This document shows, in pieces, positions 1 through 10,881 of a DNA stretch of 32,000 nt. The notes beneath the pieces were generated by a model that was given only the letters and a program-made list of their open reading frames with translations, was not told the origin of the DNA and ran no database searches. Numbering within the stretch: position 1 is the first letter of the stretch; each line of letters begins with the position of its first letter. The DNA lies in assembly GCF_000196355.1 (NCBI RefSeq), contig NC_007614.1, positions 2,280,001-2,312,000 of the forward strand, read 5' to 3'. Origin of the DNA: Nitrosospira multiformis ATCC 25196. Lineage in GTDB: Bacteria > Pseudomonadota > Gammaproteobacteria > Burkholderiales > Nitrosomonadaceae. The translations under genes were made by a program, and so were the position numbers.

Positions 1-138
1 CACTTCGGTTTGAGAATCAAATCAAATACGGAAAGCCTGGGCGAAGGTACAACGAACTCGGTCGTCACATCCATTACCGTGGTAATTATTATCGATGCAA
101 TTTTTGCCGTGATCTTTTCGGATGTGGGATTAAGATAA
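1..138 (+). CDS. C-terminal fragment of MlaE-type ABC transporter permease (5' truncated by window edge)
   Basis: Frame 1 reads HFGLRIKSNTESLGEGTTNSVVTSITVVIIIDAIFAVIFSDVGLR*, typical of the MlaE C-terminus, immediately upstream of an MlaF-like ATPase. Confidence 0.85.
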   Translation, partial: HFGLRIKSNTESLGEGTTNSVVTSITVVIIIDAIFAVIFSDVGLR

Positions 139-150
139 AGCGGGAGTCGC

Positions 151-930
151 ATGCCGAAAAATAACTGCATTATCGAGGTGGAAGGGTTGTATACCCGGTT
201 CGGCAATCACGTCGTGCATGAGAATATCGGACTTTGCGTACAGCGTGGAGAAGTATTGACGCTGGTCGGAGGCTCCGGTAGCGGAAAGACCGCGCTCATG
301 CGGCAGATGCTCGGGCTTGAAACCCCCGCGCAAGGCACGGTGAAGGTTTTCGGAGAACCATTGCACGGCCGGAATCGCCAGCAGATACAGAACATGCGAA
401 ACCGCTGCGGGGTATTGTTCCAGAAAGGCGCTCTGTTCAGCGCGTTGTCGGTCTATGACAATATTGCCTTGCCGATGCGTGAGCTGCGCACCCTGGACGA
501 AGAGATGATTCGCGATCTCGTGATGCTCAAGCTTGAAATGGTGGAAATCGCGCCTGTCCATGCAAACAAGATGCCTGCCGAGCTTTCCGGGGGCATGATC
601 AAACGCATCGCGTTGGCGCGGGCGATGGCGCTTAATCCGGAACTCCTGTTTCTGGACGAGCCAACGGCCGGGCTCGATCCAGAGCTCAGTGAGGGATTTG
701 TCCGCCTTATCAAGACGATGCAATCCGAACTGACATTTACGATCATCATGGCGACTCACGACCTCGACACGCTGGTTGCGCTTTCCGATCGTGTCGCGGT
801 GCTGGCGGACAAACATCTGGTGGCGTTGGGAACCGTGCGAGAGGTAATACACACTAAGCACGCTTTCATTTCCAATTTTTTCTGTGGCGTGCGCGGCAGG
901 AAAACTTTGGAAAACAGCAGTATCTTATAG
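151..930 (+). CDS. MlaF-like ABC transporter ATP-binding protein
   Basis: Walker A GGSGSGKT, signature LSGGMIKRIALARA, Walker B ELLFLDEPTAGLDP; lies between permease and MCE protein. Confidence 0.93.
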   Translation: MPKNNCIIEVEGLYTRFGNHVVHENIGLCVQRGEVLTLVGGSGSGKTALMRQMLGLETPAQGTVKVFGEPLHGRNRQQIQNMRNRCGVLFQKGALFSALSVYDNIALPMRELRTLDEEMIRDLVMLKLEMVEIAPVHANKMPAELSGGMIKRIALARAMALNPELLFLDEPTAGLDPELSEGFVRLIKTMQSELTFTIIMATHDLDTLVALSDRVAVLADKHLVALGTVREVIHTKHAFISNFFCGVRGRKTLENSSIL

Positions 931-939
931 GGGGCGATT

Positions 940-1845
940 ATGGAAAACCGGGCCCACGCCCTTGCGGCTGGTTTATTCGTAATTATTCTGGGTACAGCGC
1001 TGGTGGCTGCCGTCCTGTGGTTCGGCGGGGACACCATGATGCGCAATAAATACATGCTCGTGTCGGAGATGCCGGTCTCAGGCCTGAATTCTCAGGCAAT
1101 AGTACGTTACCGGGGCGTAACGGTCGGAAAAGTCGAGAACATCAAGCTGGATAAAGAGGATCCGCATAAGATTCTGATTCAGATCGCAGTGGACAAGAAC
1201 GTGCCTTTAACCCGGAATGCATTTGCCCAACTGGGCTATCAGGGTTTGACGGGCCTGGCATACGTGCAGTTGAATGATGAGGACGGGGAAACCGAACAAC
1301 TGGAAACTGATTCGGATGAACCCCCTCAAATTCCCCTGCGCCCCTCATTATTCGACAGCATCACCAGTTCGGGCCAGCACCTGCTCGGTACTGCCAGCGT
1401 ATTGATCGAGAGAATGAATCTCCTCCTCGAAGATGAGAATCGGACCCGATTCATGCATATACTGGAAAATACGGAAAAGGCGACGGGACGCCTCTCCAGG
1501 GTTCTCAACCAGCTGGAGCCGGGGCTCAAAGCAATCCCGGGGCTGGCTGCCGATGCAAGTTCGGTGATGAAAAATGCTGACCAGCTTGTGGTCGACCTCA
1601 ACCAGATCACATCGAGGCTGAACCGGCAGGGAGGAGCCATCGACGGCCTTTCCGTAGCCACCGTAGAGCTGGGCGAAACCATGCGGTCATTGCGGGAAGC
1701 AACGGAAGGGATCAAAAATACCACCCGCAGTGTCGACCGAGTGCTACTCCAACTGGAAGATCAACCGACAAGTCTGCTGTTTGGCCGTCCTCCCCCGCCG
1801 CCGGGTCCCGGTGAGACAGGTTTTGTACCGCCAGGAAGTAGATGA
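940..1845 (+). CDS. MlaD/MCE-family substrate-binding protein
   Basis: N-terminal TM segment followed by an MCE domain (VRYRGVTVGKVENIKLD). Confidence 0.92.
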   Translation: MENRAHALAAGLFVIILGTALVAAVLWFGGDTMMRNKYMLVSEMPVSGLNSQAIVRYRGVTVGKVENIKLDKEDPHKILIQIAVDKNVPLTRNAFAQLGYQGLTGLAYVQLNDEDGETEQLETDSDEPPQIPLRPSLFDSITSSGQHLLGTASVLIERMNLLLEDENRTRFMHILENTEKATGRLSRVLNQLEPGLKAIPGLAADASSVMKNADQLVVDLNQITSRLNRQGGAIDGLSVATVELGETMRSLREATEGIKNTTRSVDRVLLQLEDQPTSLLFGRPPPPPGPGETGFVPPGSR

Positions 1846-1846
1846 G

Positions 1847-2500
1847 ATGAAAAAATACCTTGTTCTTGCAGTGGCAATCGCAGCGCTGACGGCGTGCGCC
1901 GCTATTCGTAATCCAGCACCGGTAGCGGTATATGATTTTGGATTACAGCCCCTCCCTGTCGAGCCCAGTGCGGCTGAGACGGGGGGAAACAGGCAATTGC
2001 GGACAAGTCTGCTGGTCACTGATACCATTGCACCCGCCTGGCTCGATAGCACAGCGATCCATTACCGGCTGGCCTACGATGATCCTACGCGGTTTCTTGC
2101 TTATCGCAGCAGCCGCTGGGCCTCCACACCTGCAAAGTTGCTCACGCAACGCGTTAGAACACGCATTGCCGCCCTTAATGAAGGGGGAGTGATGAACACT
2201 GGTGAAGGTGCGCACGCGGATTACATATTGCGGGTCGACCTCGAAGAATTTGCCCAGGTGTTCGATACGCCTTCGCGGAGCAGCGCCATTGTGCAACTTC
2301 GTGCCAGCCTTATCGATCGCACCACCCGTTACCCAGTTTCCCAGCGCAGCTTTGGTGTAGAGGTGCCCGCGCCGACGGCCAATGCTGCAGGTGCCGTAAA
2401 AGCCCTTACGGAGGCGAGCGACCAATTGATTGAAAGCCTGGTCGGATGGCTTGAGCAGGAACTTCGAGATAAAGGAAAGAAAGATTTTTCGGGAGGATGA
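1847..2500 (+). CDS. ABC-type transport auxiliary lipoprotein (PqiC/LptE-like family)
   Basis: Start MKKYLVLAVAIAALTAC lipobox; follows the MCE gene directly. ATG at 1847 is preferred to the longer 1730 ORF, which overlaps the MCE gene. Confidence 0.82.
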   Translation: MKKYLVLAVAIAALTACAAIRNPAPVAVYDFGLQPLPVEPSAAETGGNRQLRTSLLVTDTIAPAWLDSTAIHYRLAYDDPTRFLAYRSSRWASTPAKLLTQRVRTRIAALNEGGVMNTGEGAHADYILRVDLEEFAQVFDTPSRSSAIVQLRASLIDRTTRYPVSQRSFGVEVPAPTANAAGAVKALTEASDQLIESLVGWLEQELRDKGKKDFSGG

Positions 2501-2780
2501 TGTTTTCAGAACCTGGAACTCATGCCAAATGGCCCCTGCTCCGGCATCTGCTGCTTCCCTGTTCGATTGCCCAAATACAGAACTCCAGCCAACCGCTTCC
2601 CTCGCTGCAAAATTCCCCCTGTCCTTATCACAACGAGCAGCTGGTATGACAGCGCGAATACGGGAATCAGACAAAAACCAGGTTTAAACTGATAACCTGT
2701 CGGCCTGGCAGACTGAACACCTTTAAGCCTCAAACGTCATCTTTCAGGTACCACATTTGCATTTGTATGAGGAAATATTT

Positions 2781-3824
2781 ATGAAACATCCGCTTACTCT
2801 GGCCGCGAGCTTGCTTGCGCTGTCACTGCTCAACGCCTGCGCAGGCAAGGTTCCGCTGCTGAAAAGCAGTTCATCCGCAAAATCCGCTGAATCCGCATAT
2901 CCGACCATAGAGCGGCCGGTCCCGGGATGCGCAGAGGGTGAAAAGGCTTTTGATTGCGACCGGCGCGCTATACTCGCCATGTTAGGTGGATATGAAGTCC
3001 AGTTTAAATTCGACGAAACTGTCATACTGCAACCGGGCTACAAGCGTTCGGAACCGAAGCGCAGCATGGGATTCGAGTTCGTGCTCCTGGTGGAAGATAC
3101 GGGTCGCAAGATTTCATTGCAACACATCCTGGTGATGGGGGGTGGCGCAGTCACCAAGCACTGGCGCCAGGACTGGGTCTATGAAGCACCGACGCGCTGG
3201 GTCTACACGGGCAACCAGCGGTTCGAACAACAAAAGCGTGATCCTGCTGAAATACCGGGAACATGGACACAACTGGTTTATGAAGTAAACGATGCCCCCC
3301 GCTACTCGGGCAATGGCAAATGGAACCATCGATACGATGTATCGACCTGGACTTCGGAGCGCAACTGGCGGCCATTACCACGCCGCGAGTACACCAAGCG
3401 CAGCGACTACCAGATCATCAATACGGAGAACCGCCATACTATTGCACCTCAGGGGTGGACTCATGAGCAGGACAATACCAAGGTCATCCGGACGAAAGAT
3501 GATAAGGATGCGGTATTGGTACGCGAGTTCGGCTTCAATGAATACCGTCGGATCAAAGGTTATGACTTTCAACCTGCGGTAAGCTACTGGCACGATACTT
3601 CCGCCTTCTGGGCAGAGGTGCGCAAGCGATGGGAAAACGAGTTCGCCACTCACGGCGCGATCACCCTATCGGTTGTCGCTGGTGATGAATCCTTTAACAT
3701 GGCAGTCCTCGATCTCGCCGATGCGTACAGGAAAAACCCGCAGGCCGACATCTACCAGAAAAAGCTCGAAGATATCTTCAGCAAATACGTCAACGTCAGG
3801 AAGACACAAACCAGCCTCAGATAA
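2781..3824 (+). CDS. Conserved lipoprotein, possibly DUF6607 family
   Basis: Lipobox MKHPLTLAASLLALSLLNAC; long ORF with WRQDWVYEAPTRWVY...LPRREYTKRSDY. Family assignment is from memory. ATG at 2781 chosen over TTG at 2757. Confidence 0.75.
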   Translation: MKHPLTLAASLLALSLLNACAGKVPLLKSSSSAKSAESAYPTIERPVPGCAEGEKAFDCDRRAILAMLGGYEVQFKFDETVILQPGYKRSEPKRSMGFEFVLLVEDTGRKISLQHILVMGGGAVTKHWRQDWVYEAPTRWVYTGNQRFEQQKRDPAEIPGTWTQLVYEVNDAPRYSGNGKWNHRYDVSTWTSERNWRPLPRREYTKRSDYQIINTENRHTIAPQGWTHEQDNTKVIRTKDDKDAVLVREFGFNEYRRIKGYDFQPAVSYWHDTSAFWAEVRKRWENEFATHGAITLSVVAGDESFNMAVLDLADAYRKNPQADIYQKKLEDIFSKYVNVRKTQTSLR

Positions 3825-3843
3825 GCAGGCAGTTCCAGATCAT

Positions 3844-4524
3844 CTACTTGAGCGTGCCAAACACCCTGCGGACCAGTTCACTATCCTGATCCGCAGGGTT
3901 ATTGCGTATGGCCTGTTCCTTCTCTGCCATCAACAGATAAATTCCATCCAGGGTTTTTTCCGTGACATGGTTTTCTATATTTGCGTGCTTTTCCGAAATC
4001 AATCCGAGCTTCGCGCCCTTCCCGGCAAAGTCATTGTATTTTTTCAGCACGCCCGCCTGCTCGGTGGCTTTTTTTACAATCGGCAAAAATCGATCGGAAA
4101 GCAAGTCGGATGAGGTGTTACGGAAGTACTGCGTCGCTCCGTCGTCTCCGCCTGCAAGTATCGCTTTCGTATCTTTCACAGGCATATCCTGCACCGCATC
4201 TATCAGCAACGCCCGCCCTTCCGCCGCCGCCGTTTCAGCGGCGTGGTTCATGGCTGCGATCAACCCATCAGCATGTTTGTTCATACCCACGGAGCGCATC
4301 AAACCCTCTGCTTTCTGCAGAGAGGCGGGTAACGGGATTTTTGCCTGGGGGTTATGGAGAAAACCATTTGGAACCCCAAGTGTATCTATTGCCGCATTTA
4401 CACTCAGTGTAAGTGCTTGCTTCAGACCATCGGCCGCGTCTTCATCTGCAAGGGTATCACTTGCTGCAACGGAAACAGGGATGGAAACGAAAAAGCAGAC
4501 AACAATAGCAGGAATGATGCGCAT
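3844..4524 (-). CDS. DUF4197-like periplasmic protein
   Basis: Signal peptide followed by DGLKQALTLSVNAAIDTLG...GFLHNPQAKIPLPASLQKAEGLMR, the typical DUF4197 pattern. Confidence 0.85.
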   Translation of the reverse strand: MRIIPAIVVCFFVSIPVSVAASDTLADEDAADGLKQALTLSVNAAIDTLGVPNGFLHNPQAKIPLPASLQKAEGLMRSVGMNKHADGLIAAMNHAAETAAAEGRALLIDAVQDMPVKDTKAILAGGDDGATQYFRNTSSDLLSDRFLPIVKKATEQAGVLKKYNDFAGKGAKLGLISEKHANIENHVTEKTLDGIYLLMAEKEQAIRNNPADQDSELVRRVFGTLK

Positions 4525-4598
4525 TGGAGTAACTCCTGTCGGGTTTGCATAACCGGCCTTGAAATTCCTCTCCTCGCTGATTCTCTTCGCTAAAACCG

Positions 4599-5549
4599 CT
4601 ACCTCTGTATGATGCCTGCCTCATGCGCCTGCTGATCCGCATGGTAGCTGGACCGGACCATGGGCCCGCACGCGGCGTTGCTGAAACCCATTTCGATCGC
4701 GGCGCGTTCAAATTCCTTAAATGCCCCCGGGGTGACATAACGCATGACAGGAAGATGTCCGATGCTTGGCTGCAGATACTGGCCAATGGTAAGCATCTCG
4801 ACATCATGCTTGCGCAAGTCGCGCATCACGTCGAGGATCTCCTCGTCAGTTTCTCCCAGTCCCAGCATCAATCCGGATTTGGTGGGGATGCCCGGAAAAC
4901 GTGCCTTGAACTCCTTCAATAACCGGAGCGAATGCGTGTAGTCCGCGCCTGGACGGCATTGCCGGTAGAGGCGGGGTACCGTTTCGAGATTGTGGTTCAT
5001 CACATCGGGCGGGCAGGCGAATAATTTTTCCAGCGCAATATCCAGTCTCCCGCGAAAATCCGGCACCAGGATCTCTATCTTTGTCTGCGGCGAATGGGCT
5101 CGAACCTCACGGATGCAATCCACGAAATGCTGAGCTCCTCCATCCCTGAGATCATCGCGGTCAACGCTCGTGATAACCACATATTTCAACTTCATGGCGG
5201 CAATGGATTGCGCGAGGTGCAGAGGTTCTTCGGGGTCCGGAGGACGCGGCCGGCCATGCGCCACGTCGCAGAAGGGACAGCGCCGGGTACAGAGATCGCC
5301 CAGTATCATGAAAGTTGCAGTGCCTTTGCCGAAGCATTCGCCGATGTTGGGACAGGAAGCTTCCTCACATACCGTGTGCAGCTTCTGCTCCCGCAAAATC
5401 CGCTTGACCTCATAAAACTCCTGGCTATTGGAGGATCGCACCCTGATCCAGGAAGGTTTACGCAGCAACTGATCGGTAGATTGCGGCGCGATTTTGACGG
5501 GATTGCGCGCGGTTTTTGCAACGCCTTTCTGGCGACTTTCAATTGTCAT
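4599..5549 (-). CDS. lipA: Lipoyl synthase
   Basis: CxxxxxC motif ([12 protein letters not shown]), radical [30 protein letters not shown]. Confidence 0.97.
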   Translation of the reverse strand: MTIESRQKGVAKTARNPVKIAPQSTDQLLRKPSWIRVRSSNSQEFYEVKRILREQKLHTVCEEASCPNIGECFGKGTATFMILGDLCTRRCPFCDVAHGRPRPPDPEEPLHLAQSIAAMKLKYVVITSVDRDDLRDGGAQHFVDCIREVRAHSPQTKIEILVPDFRGRLDIALEKLFACPPDVMNHNLETVPRLYRQCRPGADYTHSLRLLKEFKARFPGIPTKSGLMLGLGETDEEILDVMRDLRKHDVEMLTIGQYLQPSIGHLPVMRYVTPGAFKEFERAAIEMGFSNAACGPMVRSSYHADQQAHEAGIIQR

Positions 5550-5637
5550 GATAAGGAAGAAACGTCTTCTTGATATTGATCCATATCAATCCGGAATACC
5601 CGGATCGATTGATATCCATCTTTAAATATTCTTGAAA

Positions 5638-6285
5638 TCATTGCTTCAGCCTGGCCTTCAGTTTTTCGGCAAGCTTTCCTTGCAGCGTTTCCAGCTCGTC
5701 GGTTATACCGAGATCGCTGGTTTGCGTAACCCTTAGTCCCGTATAGCCGCAAGGGTTGATAGCCATAAACGGGGCAAGGTCCATGCTGACATTCAGAGCC
5801 AGGCCATGGTAGCAGCATCCATTTTTTATCTTCAGCCCCAGTGCCGCGATTTTTGCTCCGCCAACGTATACACCGGGCGCATCCTCATCGCCGCAGGCGT
5901 TGACGCGATACTCATCCAGCAAGTCTACCACGGCGCCCTCCATTTTTCTGACCAGGTCGCGCACGCCTAACTTGAGGCGCCGCATATCCAGCAACAGGTA
6001 CGCAATAATCTGTCCCGGGCCGTGATAGGTGATTTGACCACCCCGATCCGTGCGTACTACGGGAATGCCTGGATTGCAAAGCAAATGCTCGGGTTTGCCG
6101 GCAACACCCTGGGTATAGACCGGCCAATGCTGCAGCAACCAGATTTCATCAGGGGTATTTTGCGTGCGACTCGCCGTGAAAGCCTTCATCGCCTGCCAGA
6201 TGGAAAGATAATCCATCACTGCAGCATATTTGACTTCAAGTCCTGAAGGACCGGGCACAAACTCCAGGCTAACGGGCTGTATCAC
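5638..6285 (-). CDS. lipB: Octanoyl-[acyl-carrier-protein]-protein N-octanoyltransferase
   Basis: RGGQITYHGPGQIIAYLL and KIAALGLKIKNGCCYHGLALNV; upstream of lipA on the same strand. Confidence 0.97.
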   Translation of the reverse strand: MIQPVSLEFVPGPSGLEVKYAAVMDYLSIWQAMKAFTASRTQNTPDEIWLLQHWPVYTQGVAGKPEHLLCNPGIPVVRTDRGGQITYHGPGQIIAYLLLDMRRLKLGVRDLVRKMEGAVVDLLDEYRVNACGDEDAPGVYVGGAKIAALGLKIKNGCCYHGLALNVSMDLAPFMAINPCGYTGLRVTQTSDLGITDELETLQGKLAEKLKARLKQ

Positions 6286-6330
6286 GGAGAAGCTTCCGGA
6301 ATATGAATCGCGGAAGGAATCAGAAATTCG

Positions 6331-6660
6331 CTAAAGTACCATTACCACTGTGGGATGATCGCACAGTTCCTGATATAACGCATCCAGTTGTTCACGAGAA
6401 ACAGCGCGAATCGTGCACGTAAGGCTGAGATAATTGCTTTTTCTGCTGATTCTTACCTCCATGGTCGCCTCGTCAAAATCCGGAGCGTGGCGCTTCACAA
6501 TCGCCAGTACGTTCTGTGAAAAATCCTGCCGCCGGTATTCCAGCGTTGCGGCACTGGGTGGAATGCCGGAGGGCGACCCGACACGCCCCATGATTTTAAT
6601 CGGAAAATCGCAGGGATATTCGATCAGGGTGCTATCGTCAGACGAAGTCACGGGTTTCAC
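6331..6660 (-). CDS. DUF493/YbeD-like regulatory protein
   Basis: YPCDFPIKIMG...VSRKSNYLSLTCTI...ALYQELCDHPTVVMVL; conserved position next to lipB. Confidence 0.9.
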   Translation of the reverse strand: MKPVTSSDDSTLIEYPCDFPIKIMGRVGSPSGIPPSAATLEYRRQDFSQNVLAIVKRHAPDFDEATMEVRISRKSNYLSLTCTIRAVSREQLDALYQELCDHPTVVMVL

Positions 6661-6665
6661 GACCT

Positions 6666-7526
6666 TCAGGATATCGAAGATTTGCCTCGCATGGTGGTTT
6701 GTTTATAACTCTGGTAGAGCTGGTAAAACAATGCAAACATTTTGCCCGGCTTTCCCTCACCCACCGGTTGGTTATCGAGACGGGTAATCGGCATGATTTC
6801 TTTGGTCGAGGATGTCAGCAAAAGTTCCTCAGCGGTGCGCACCTCATGCTCCGTAATTGCGCGAACTTCATGGGGAATGCCACTCGCCTGTGCCAGCTCC
6901 AGCACTACGTCATAGGTGATGCCCGGCAGCATCAGGTGATTTTTGGGGGGAGCCAGCAGAATTCCATTTCTTACGACAAAGATATTGCTTGCCGCCCCCT
7001 CAGTCATGAAACCGTCGCGAAACAGCACCGTTTCCAAGGCGCCTTCATCGATCGCCATCTGCCGCAGCAATACGTTGGGCAGGAGCGAGATAGCCTTGAT
7101 ATCACAGCGCAACCATCGATTATCCGCGGCTGAAATCGCTACCACGCCCGTATGCAGCAATCCTGGAGGCGGTGTCAGCAACGGATTGCTCATAATGAAG
7201 ACAGTGGGCGCGACACCTTGTGGAAAGGCATGATCGCGCCGGGCGACACCGCGGGTAATATGCAGGTAGATATACTGATCCTCACCTTCATTCAAGGCGA
7301 CGATTTGTTCGAGCAAATAAGTCCATTCGCTGTCCGAATGCGGATTTTGCAGGCGAATGCCATCGAGGCTGTGCTGGAGCCGGCGCAGATGCTCCGCCAG
7401 ACGAAAAGGTTTGCGGGAATAGACAGGAATAACCTCATATACCCCGTCACCAAAAATAAAACCTCTATCCAGCACAGAGATGCGCGCTTCTTCGATTCTC
7501 AGGAAATCGCCGTTTAGATAGATCAT
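6666..7526 (-). CDS. dat: D-amino-acid aminotransferase (class IV PLP aminotransferase)
   Basis: YLNGDFLRIEEARISVLDRGFIFGDGVYEVIPVY and TSSTKEIMPITRLD; lipB-ybeD-dat-dac order. Confidence 0.9.
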   Translation of the reverse strand: MIYLNGDFLRIEEARISVLDRGFIFGDGVYEVIPVYSRKPFRLAEHLRRLQHSLDGIRLQNPHSDSEWTYLLEQIVALNEGEDQYIYLHITRGVARRDHAFPQGVAPTVFIMSNPLLTPPPGLLHTGVVAISAADNRWLRCDIKAISLLPNVLLRQMAIDEGALETVLFRDGFMTEGAASNIFVVRNGILLAPPKNHLMLPGITYDVVLELAQASGIPHEVRAITEHEVRTAEELLLTSSTKEIMPITRLDNQPVGEGKPGKMFALFYQLYQSYKQTTMRGKSSIS

Positions 7527-7556
7527 GATCAGCCTGGATAGCTCGGGTTTTTGCTT

Positions 7557-8771
7557 CTAGTTAAATAGAAGCCGCATGCTATCCCATGCCCGGCCAAAAA
7601 TATTCGCAGCGCTGACGGTTTCGAGCGCTACCAGCGGATGTTCAACCACCTGCTTCCCTTCGAGCATAAACTTCACTGTACCAACTTTTTGGCCCGCAGC
7701 GACAGGAGCGAGAAGCGGCTGCTTATATTCCATCCTGGCCTTGAGTTTGTCAGTCTGATGGCGGGGAAGCGAAAAATAAACATCATTTCCGAATCCCGTC
7801 CTGAGTTTGTCCTGGTTGCCTTTCCATAATGGAATGGCAACCACCTCCTGCTCTCCCGGATAGAGACGAACCGTATCGTAGAACTGAAAACCATAATTCA
7901 GCAGGCGCTGGCTTTCCATCGCGCGCGCGCTCTCCGAGGCGGTTCCCATCACTACCGCAACCAACCGACGCTGTCCCCGCCTGGCTGAAGTAATGAGGCA
8001 GTAACCGGCTGCGTCAGTGTGTCCCGTCTTCATCCCGTCGACATTCGGGTCGAGCCAGAGCAGGCGGTTCCGGTTCGCCTGAGTAATTTTGTTATAGGTA
8101 TATTCCTTGAGGGAATAGAGTGGATAATATTCCGGAAAATCGCGAATGATGGCGGTTGCGAGCAAGGCGAGATCGTACGCGGTGGTGTAATGGTCCGGGT
8201 CCGGAAGTCCGGTTGAATTGGCAAAACGGGTGTTCTTCATGCCCATGCGCGCCGCCTCCTTGTTCATCGCTTGAGCGAATGCCTCCTCTGATCCTGAAAC
8301 GGCCTCCGCCAGTGCAATGGAGGCGTCGTTTCCTGACTGCACGATCATGCCGCGCATCAATTCATCGACCGTCACGGGCTTCTTCGGCTCGATGAACATG
8401 CGGGAGCCTTGCGCCCGCCAGGCACGTGTCGAGACTGGCACAGCCTGCGTCAAGGTGACACGTTTCTGATACAGAGCTGCAAAAACCACATAAGCCGTCA
8501 TCAGCTTTGTCAGCGATGCCGGATCGACGCGTTCATGGGCATTCTTGCTCACAAGCACCTGTCCGCTCTGAAGATCGGCAAGTATATAAGACTTGGCGGC
8601 GACGGAGAGAGTTTGCGGCGGCGCGTGAAACTGGGGTTGTTGAGCAGCCAGTGGCAGGGCAAGCAGACACAGCGATATAGGAAGCAAGCGTCTCATGGCG
8701 ATCTGCAAAAAAGCGTTATTATATCCCAGCCATATCGAAGACGTTATCCGCCGGGCTTCTGAATCAGTCAA
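7557..8771 (-). CDS. dacC: D-alanyl-D-alanine carboxypeptidase (PBP5/6 family)
   Basis: SxxK (DPASLTKLMTAYV), SGNDA, DGMKTGHTDAAGYC. The true start is probably the internal Met of MRRLLPISLCLLALPLAAQQ, about 8697. Confidence 0.92.
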   Translation of the reverse strand: MTDSEARRITSSIWLGYNNAFLQIAMRRLLPISLCLLALPLAAQQPQFHAPPQTLSVAAKSYILADLQSGQVLVSKNAHERVDPASLTKLMTAYVVFAALYQKRVTLTQAVPVSTRAWRAQGSRMFIEPKKPVTVDELMRGMIVQSGNDASIALAEAVSGSEEAFAQAMNKEAARMGMKNTRFANSTGLPDPDHYTTAYDLALLATAIIRDFPEYYPLYSLKEYTYNKITQANRNRLLWLDPNVDGMKTGHTDAAGYCLITSARRGQRRLVAVVMGTASESARAMESQRLLNYGFQFYDTVRLYPGEQEVVAIPLWKGNQDKLRTGFGNDVYFSLPRHQTDKLKARMEYKQPLLAPVAAGQKVGTVKFMLEGKQVVEHPLVALETVSAANIFGRAWDSMRLLFN

Positions 8772-8857
8772 AGGTTATCCCGCGGCTGCAGGCCGCCATG
8801 TCTCTTCAGCAAGACAGACGAATTAGAAATGCTCCGATGCGAATGGACTTTCCGATC

Positions 8858-9214
8858 CTATTTTTCGGCGCGGTTACGCCCGCACAAACTGAACCCGTCG
8901 CTCCATCCCAGCCGGTACTGCTTGTCGTCTGCAAACCTCCGCTCATCCTTTGCGCCATTTGGAGTCTTCTTCGCAGTCTCACAACCGTCGATATAGCCAT
9001 CCTTGAAGCTCGGAGAATAACCAGTAAGGTTGTAAACCGGCCGGGTAGGCTGAGGCGGGGATGAAGGCGCCGTCGAAGTCGGAGGCGCCGTCGAAGTCGG
9101 GGGTGACGGCGGAGGCGGAGATGGAGACTGCGATTCCTTCTGACCTGTAGTGGTAGGGGCGCAACCCAGAATTGTGGTTACCAAAAGAATTGGAATTGCC
9201 GCGATTGCTCGCAT
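8858..9214 (-). CDS. Hypothetical lipoprotein with Pro/Ser/Thr-rich linker
   Basis: MRAIAAIPILLVTTILGCAPTTTG lipobox, a PSPPPPSPPTSTAPPTSTAP linker, then a small C-terminal domain with Cys pair (DGYIDGCETAK...GWSDGFSLCG). Start set at 9214. Confidence 0.65.
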   Translation of the reverse strand: MRAIAAIPILLVTTILGCAPTTTGQKESQSPSPPPPSPPTSTAPPTSTAPSSPPQPTRPVYNLTGYSPSFKDGYIDGCETAKKTPNGAKDERRFADDKQYRLGWSDGFSLCGRNRAEK

Positions 9215-9279
9215 TGTACTTTCCTCGTTCAGAATGAGATATTTTGCAGGTATCTGACTTCGTTGCGCATTCTGTTTTT

Positions 9280-10806
9280 TCAACGTCTGCGGTTACTGCC
9301 GCCGAACATACCTCCCAGAATCCCGCGGAAGATTTCACGGCCGGCACGCGAACCGATGGAGCGCGCCGCGCTGCGTGCAGCGGTATCGAGAATGCCAGGT
9401 TTATATCCACCGCGCGGGCCGGTTTTGCCGAGCAGCATATCACCCAGTACCTCCATCATACCCTCTTCGGATTCGGTCTTTTTTACCCTGGCACGGACGG
9501 GAGCTTCCTCATTCCCGGTATTCTGCGTCATCGGAGCCCGACTTCCGAGTATTTCGTATGCGGACTCACGGTCCACCTGTTGCTCGTAATGGCCGAAAAC
9601 CATCGAGGATTTGATGATACCTGCGCGTTCCGCATCGGTGACCGGTCCTATCCTCGATTGAGGCGGCAAAATAAACGCCCGCTCAACCATGGCGGGACGG
9701 CCTTTCTCGTCCAGCAACGAAACGAGCGCTTCACCCACCGAAAGCTCACTGATCACCTTTTCGGTATCCAGACCGGGATTCGCCCGCATGGTTTGCGCAG
9801 CCGACCGCACCGCCTTCTGATCGCGCGGCGTAAACGCGCGCAGGGCATGCTGCACGCGATTGCCGAGCTGTCCCAGAACAGTTTCAGGAACATCGAGGGG
9901 ATTTTGTGTTACAAAATACACGCCCACTCCCTTGGATCGTATCAACCTCACGACCTGCTCTATTTTTTCCAGAAGAGGACGGGGCGCATCATTGAATAAA
10001 AGATGGGCTTCATCAAAGAAAAATATCAATTTCGGTTTCTCGGGATCGCCTATTTCAGGAAGATGTTCGAACAGCTCTGACAGTATCCACAGCAAAAAGG
10101 TGGAATACAACTTGGGAGCGTTCAGCAGTTTGTCGGCTGCGAGAATGTTTATCATCCCCCGCCCTCTGCTGTCCACCTGCATCAGGTCATGAATATCGAG
10201 CATCGGTTCGCCGAACAGGATATCCCCCCCCTGCTGCTCGATCTGCAGAAGCGAACGCTGAATGGCACCGATCGAGGCGGCGGAAATGTTACCATACTGC
10301 ACCGTGAAGTCCTTCGCCTTGTCGCCGACAAACTGCAGCAGCGCGCGCAGATCCTTGACGTCAAGCAGCAGAAGTCCGTTATCATCCGCAATTTTGAATA
10401 CCAGTGTCAGCACACCCTGCTGCGTTTCGTTCAGATTGAATAACCGGCCCAACAGCAGCGGGCCCATGTCGGATATGGTGGTGCGCACCGGATGTCCGGC
10501 TTTTCCGTAAATATCCCAAAACGTAACCGGATATGCAGTCCATTCAGGTTCCGGAAGGTGGAGTTGCGCAAGCCGCTCCTTCATTTTGGCTGAATCGGCG
10601 CCAGGAAAGGAGAGACCTGCCAGATCGCCCTTTATGTCCGCCATGAATACGGGCACGCCGATCGACGAGAAGCGTTCTGCCAGCACCTGAAGCGTAACGG
10701 TCTTGCCTGTGCCGGTCGCACCCGTGATCAGGCCGTGCCGGTTGGCGAAGCCGGGCAATAAACCAAGGGGATGGTGGGATTGCGCGATCAGCAGCGGTGG
10801 TGCCAT
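9280..10806 (-). CDS. HerA-like helicase/ATPase (DUF853 family)
   Basis: Walker [61 protein letters not shown]. Confidence 0.92.
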   Translation of the reverse strand: MAPPLLIAQSHHPLGLLPGFANRHGLITGATGTGKTVTLQVLAERFSSIGVPVFMADIKGDLAGLSFPGADSAKMKERLAQLHLPEPEWTAYPVTFWDIYGKAGHPVRTTISDMGPLLLGRLFNLNETQQGVLTLVFKIADDNGLLLLDVKDLRALLQFVGDKAKDFTVQYGNISAASIGAIQRSLLQIEQQGGDILFGEPMLDIHDLMQVDSRGRGMINILAADKLLNAPKLYSTFLLWILSELFEHLPEIGDPEKPKLIFFFDEAHLLFNDAPRPLLEKIEQVVRLIRSKGVGVYFVTQNPLDVPETVLGQLGNRVQHALRAFTPRDQKAVRSAAQTMRANPGLDTEKVISELSVGEALVSLLDEKGRPAMVERAFILPPQSRIGPVTDAERAGIIKSSMVFGHYEQQVDRESAYEILGSRAPMTQNTGNEEAPVRARVKKTESEEGMMEVLGDMLLGKTGPRGGYKPGILDTAARSAARSIGSRAGREIFRGILGGMFGGSNRRR

Positions 10807-10881
10807 AGTGCCCTCATAAATGCAGCTTACAAGCTCTGTATATCGGCTTTATGCGAACTGTATCAGTTTTTTCTTACTTGC

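Noticed and set aside
9060-9125. GC-rich short repeats considered as a possible CRISPR or satellite
   Set aside because: They fall inside the lipoprotein linker and are explained by Pro/Ser/Thr codon repetition; there are no spacers. No CRISPR array seen anywhere in the window.
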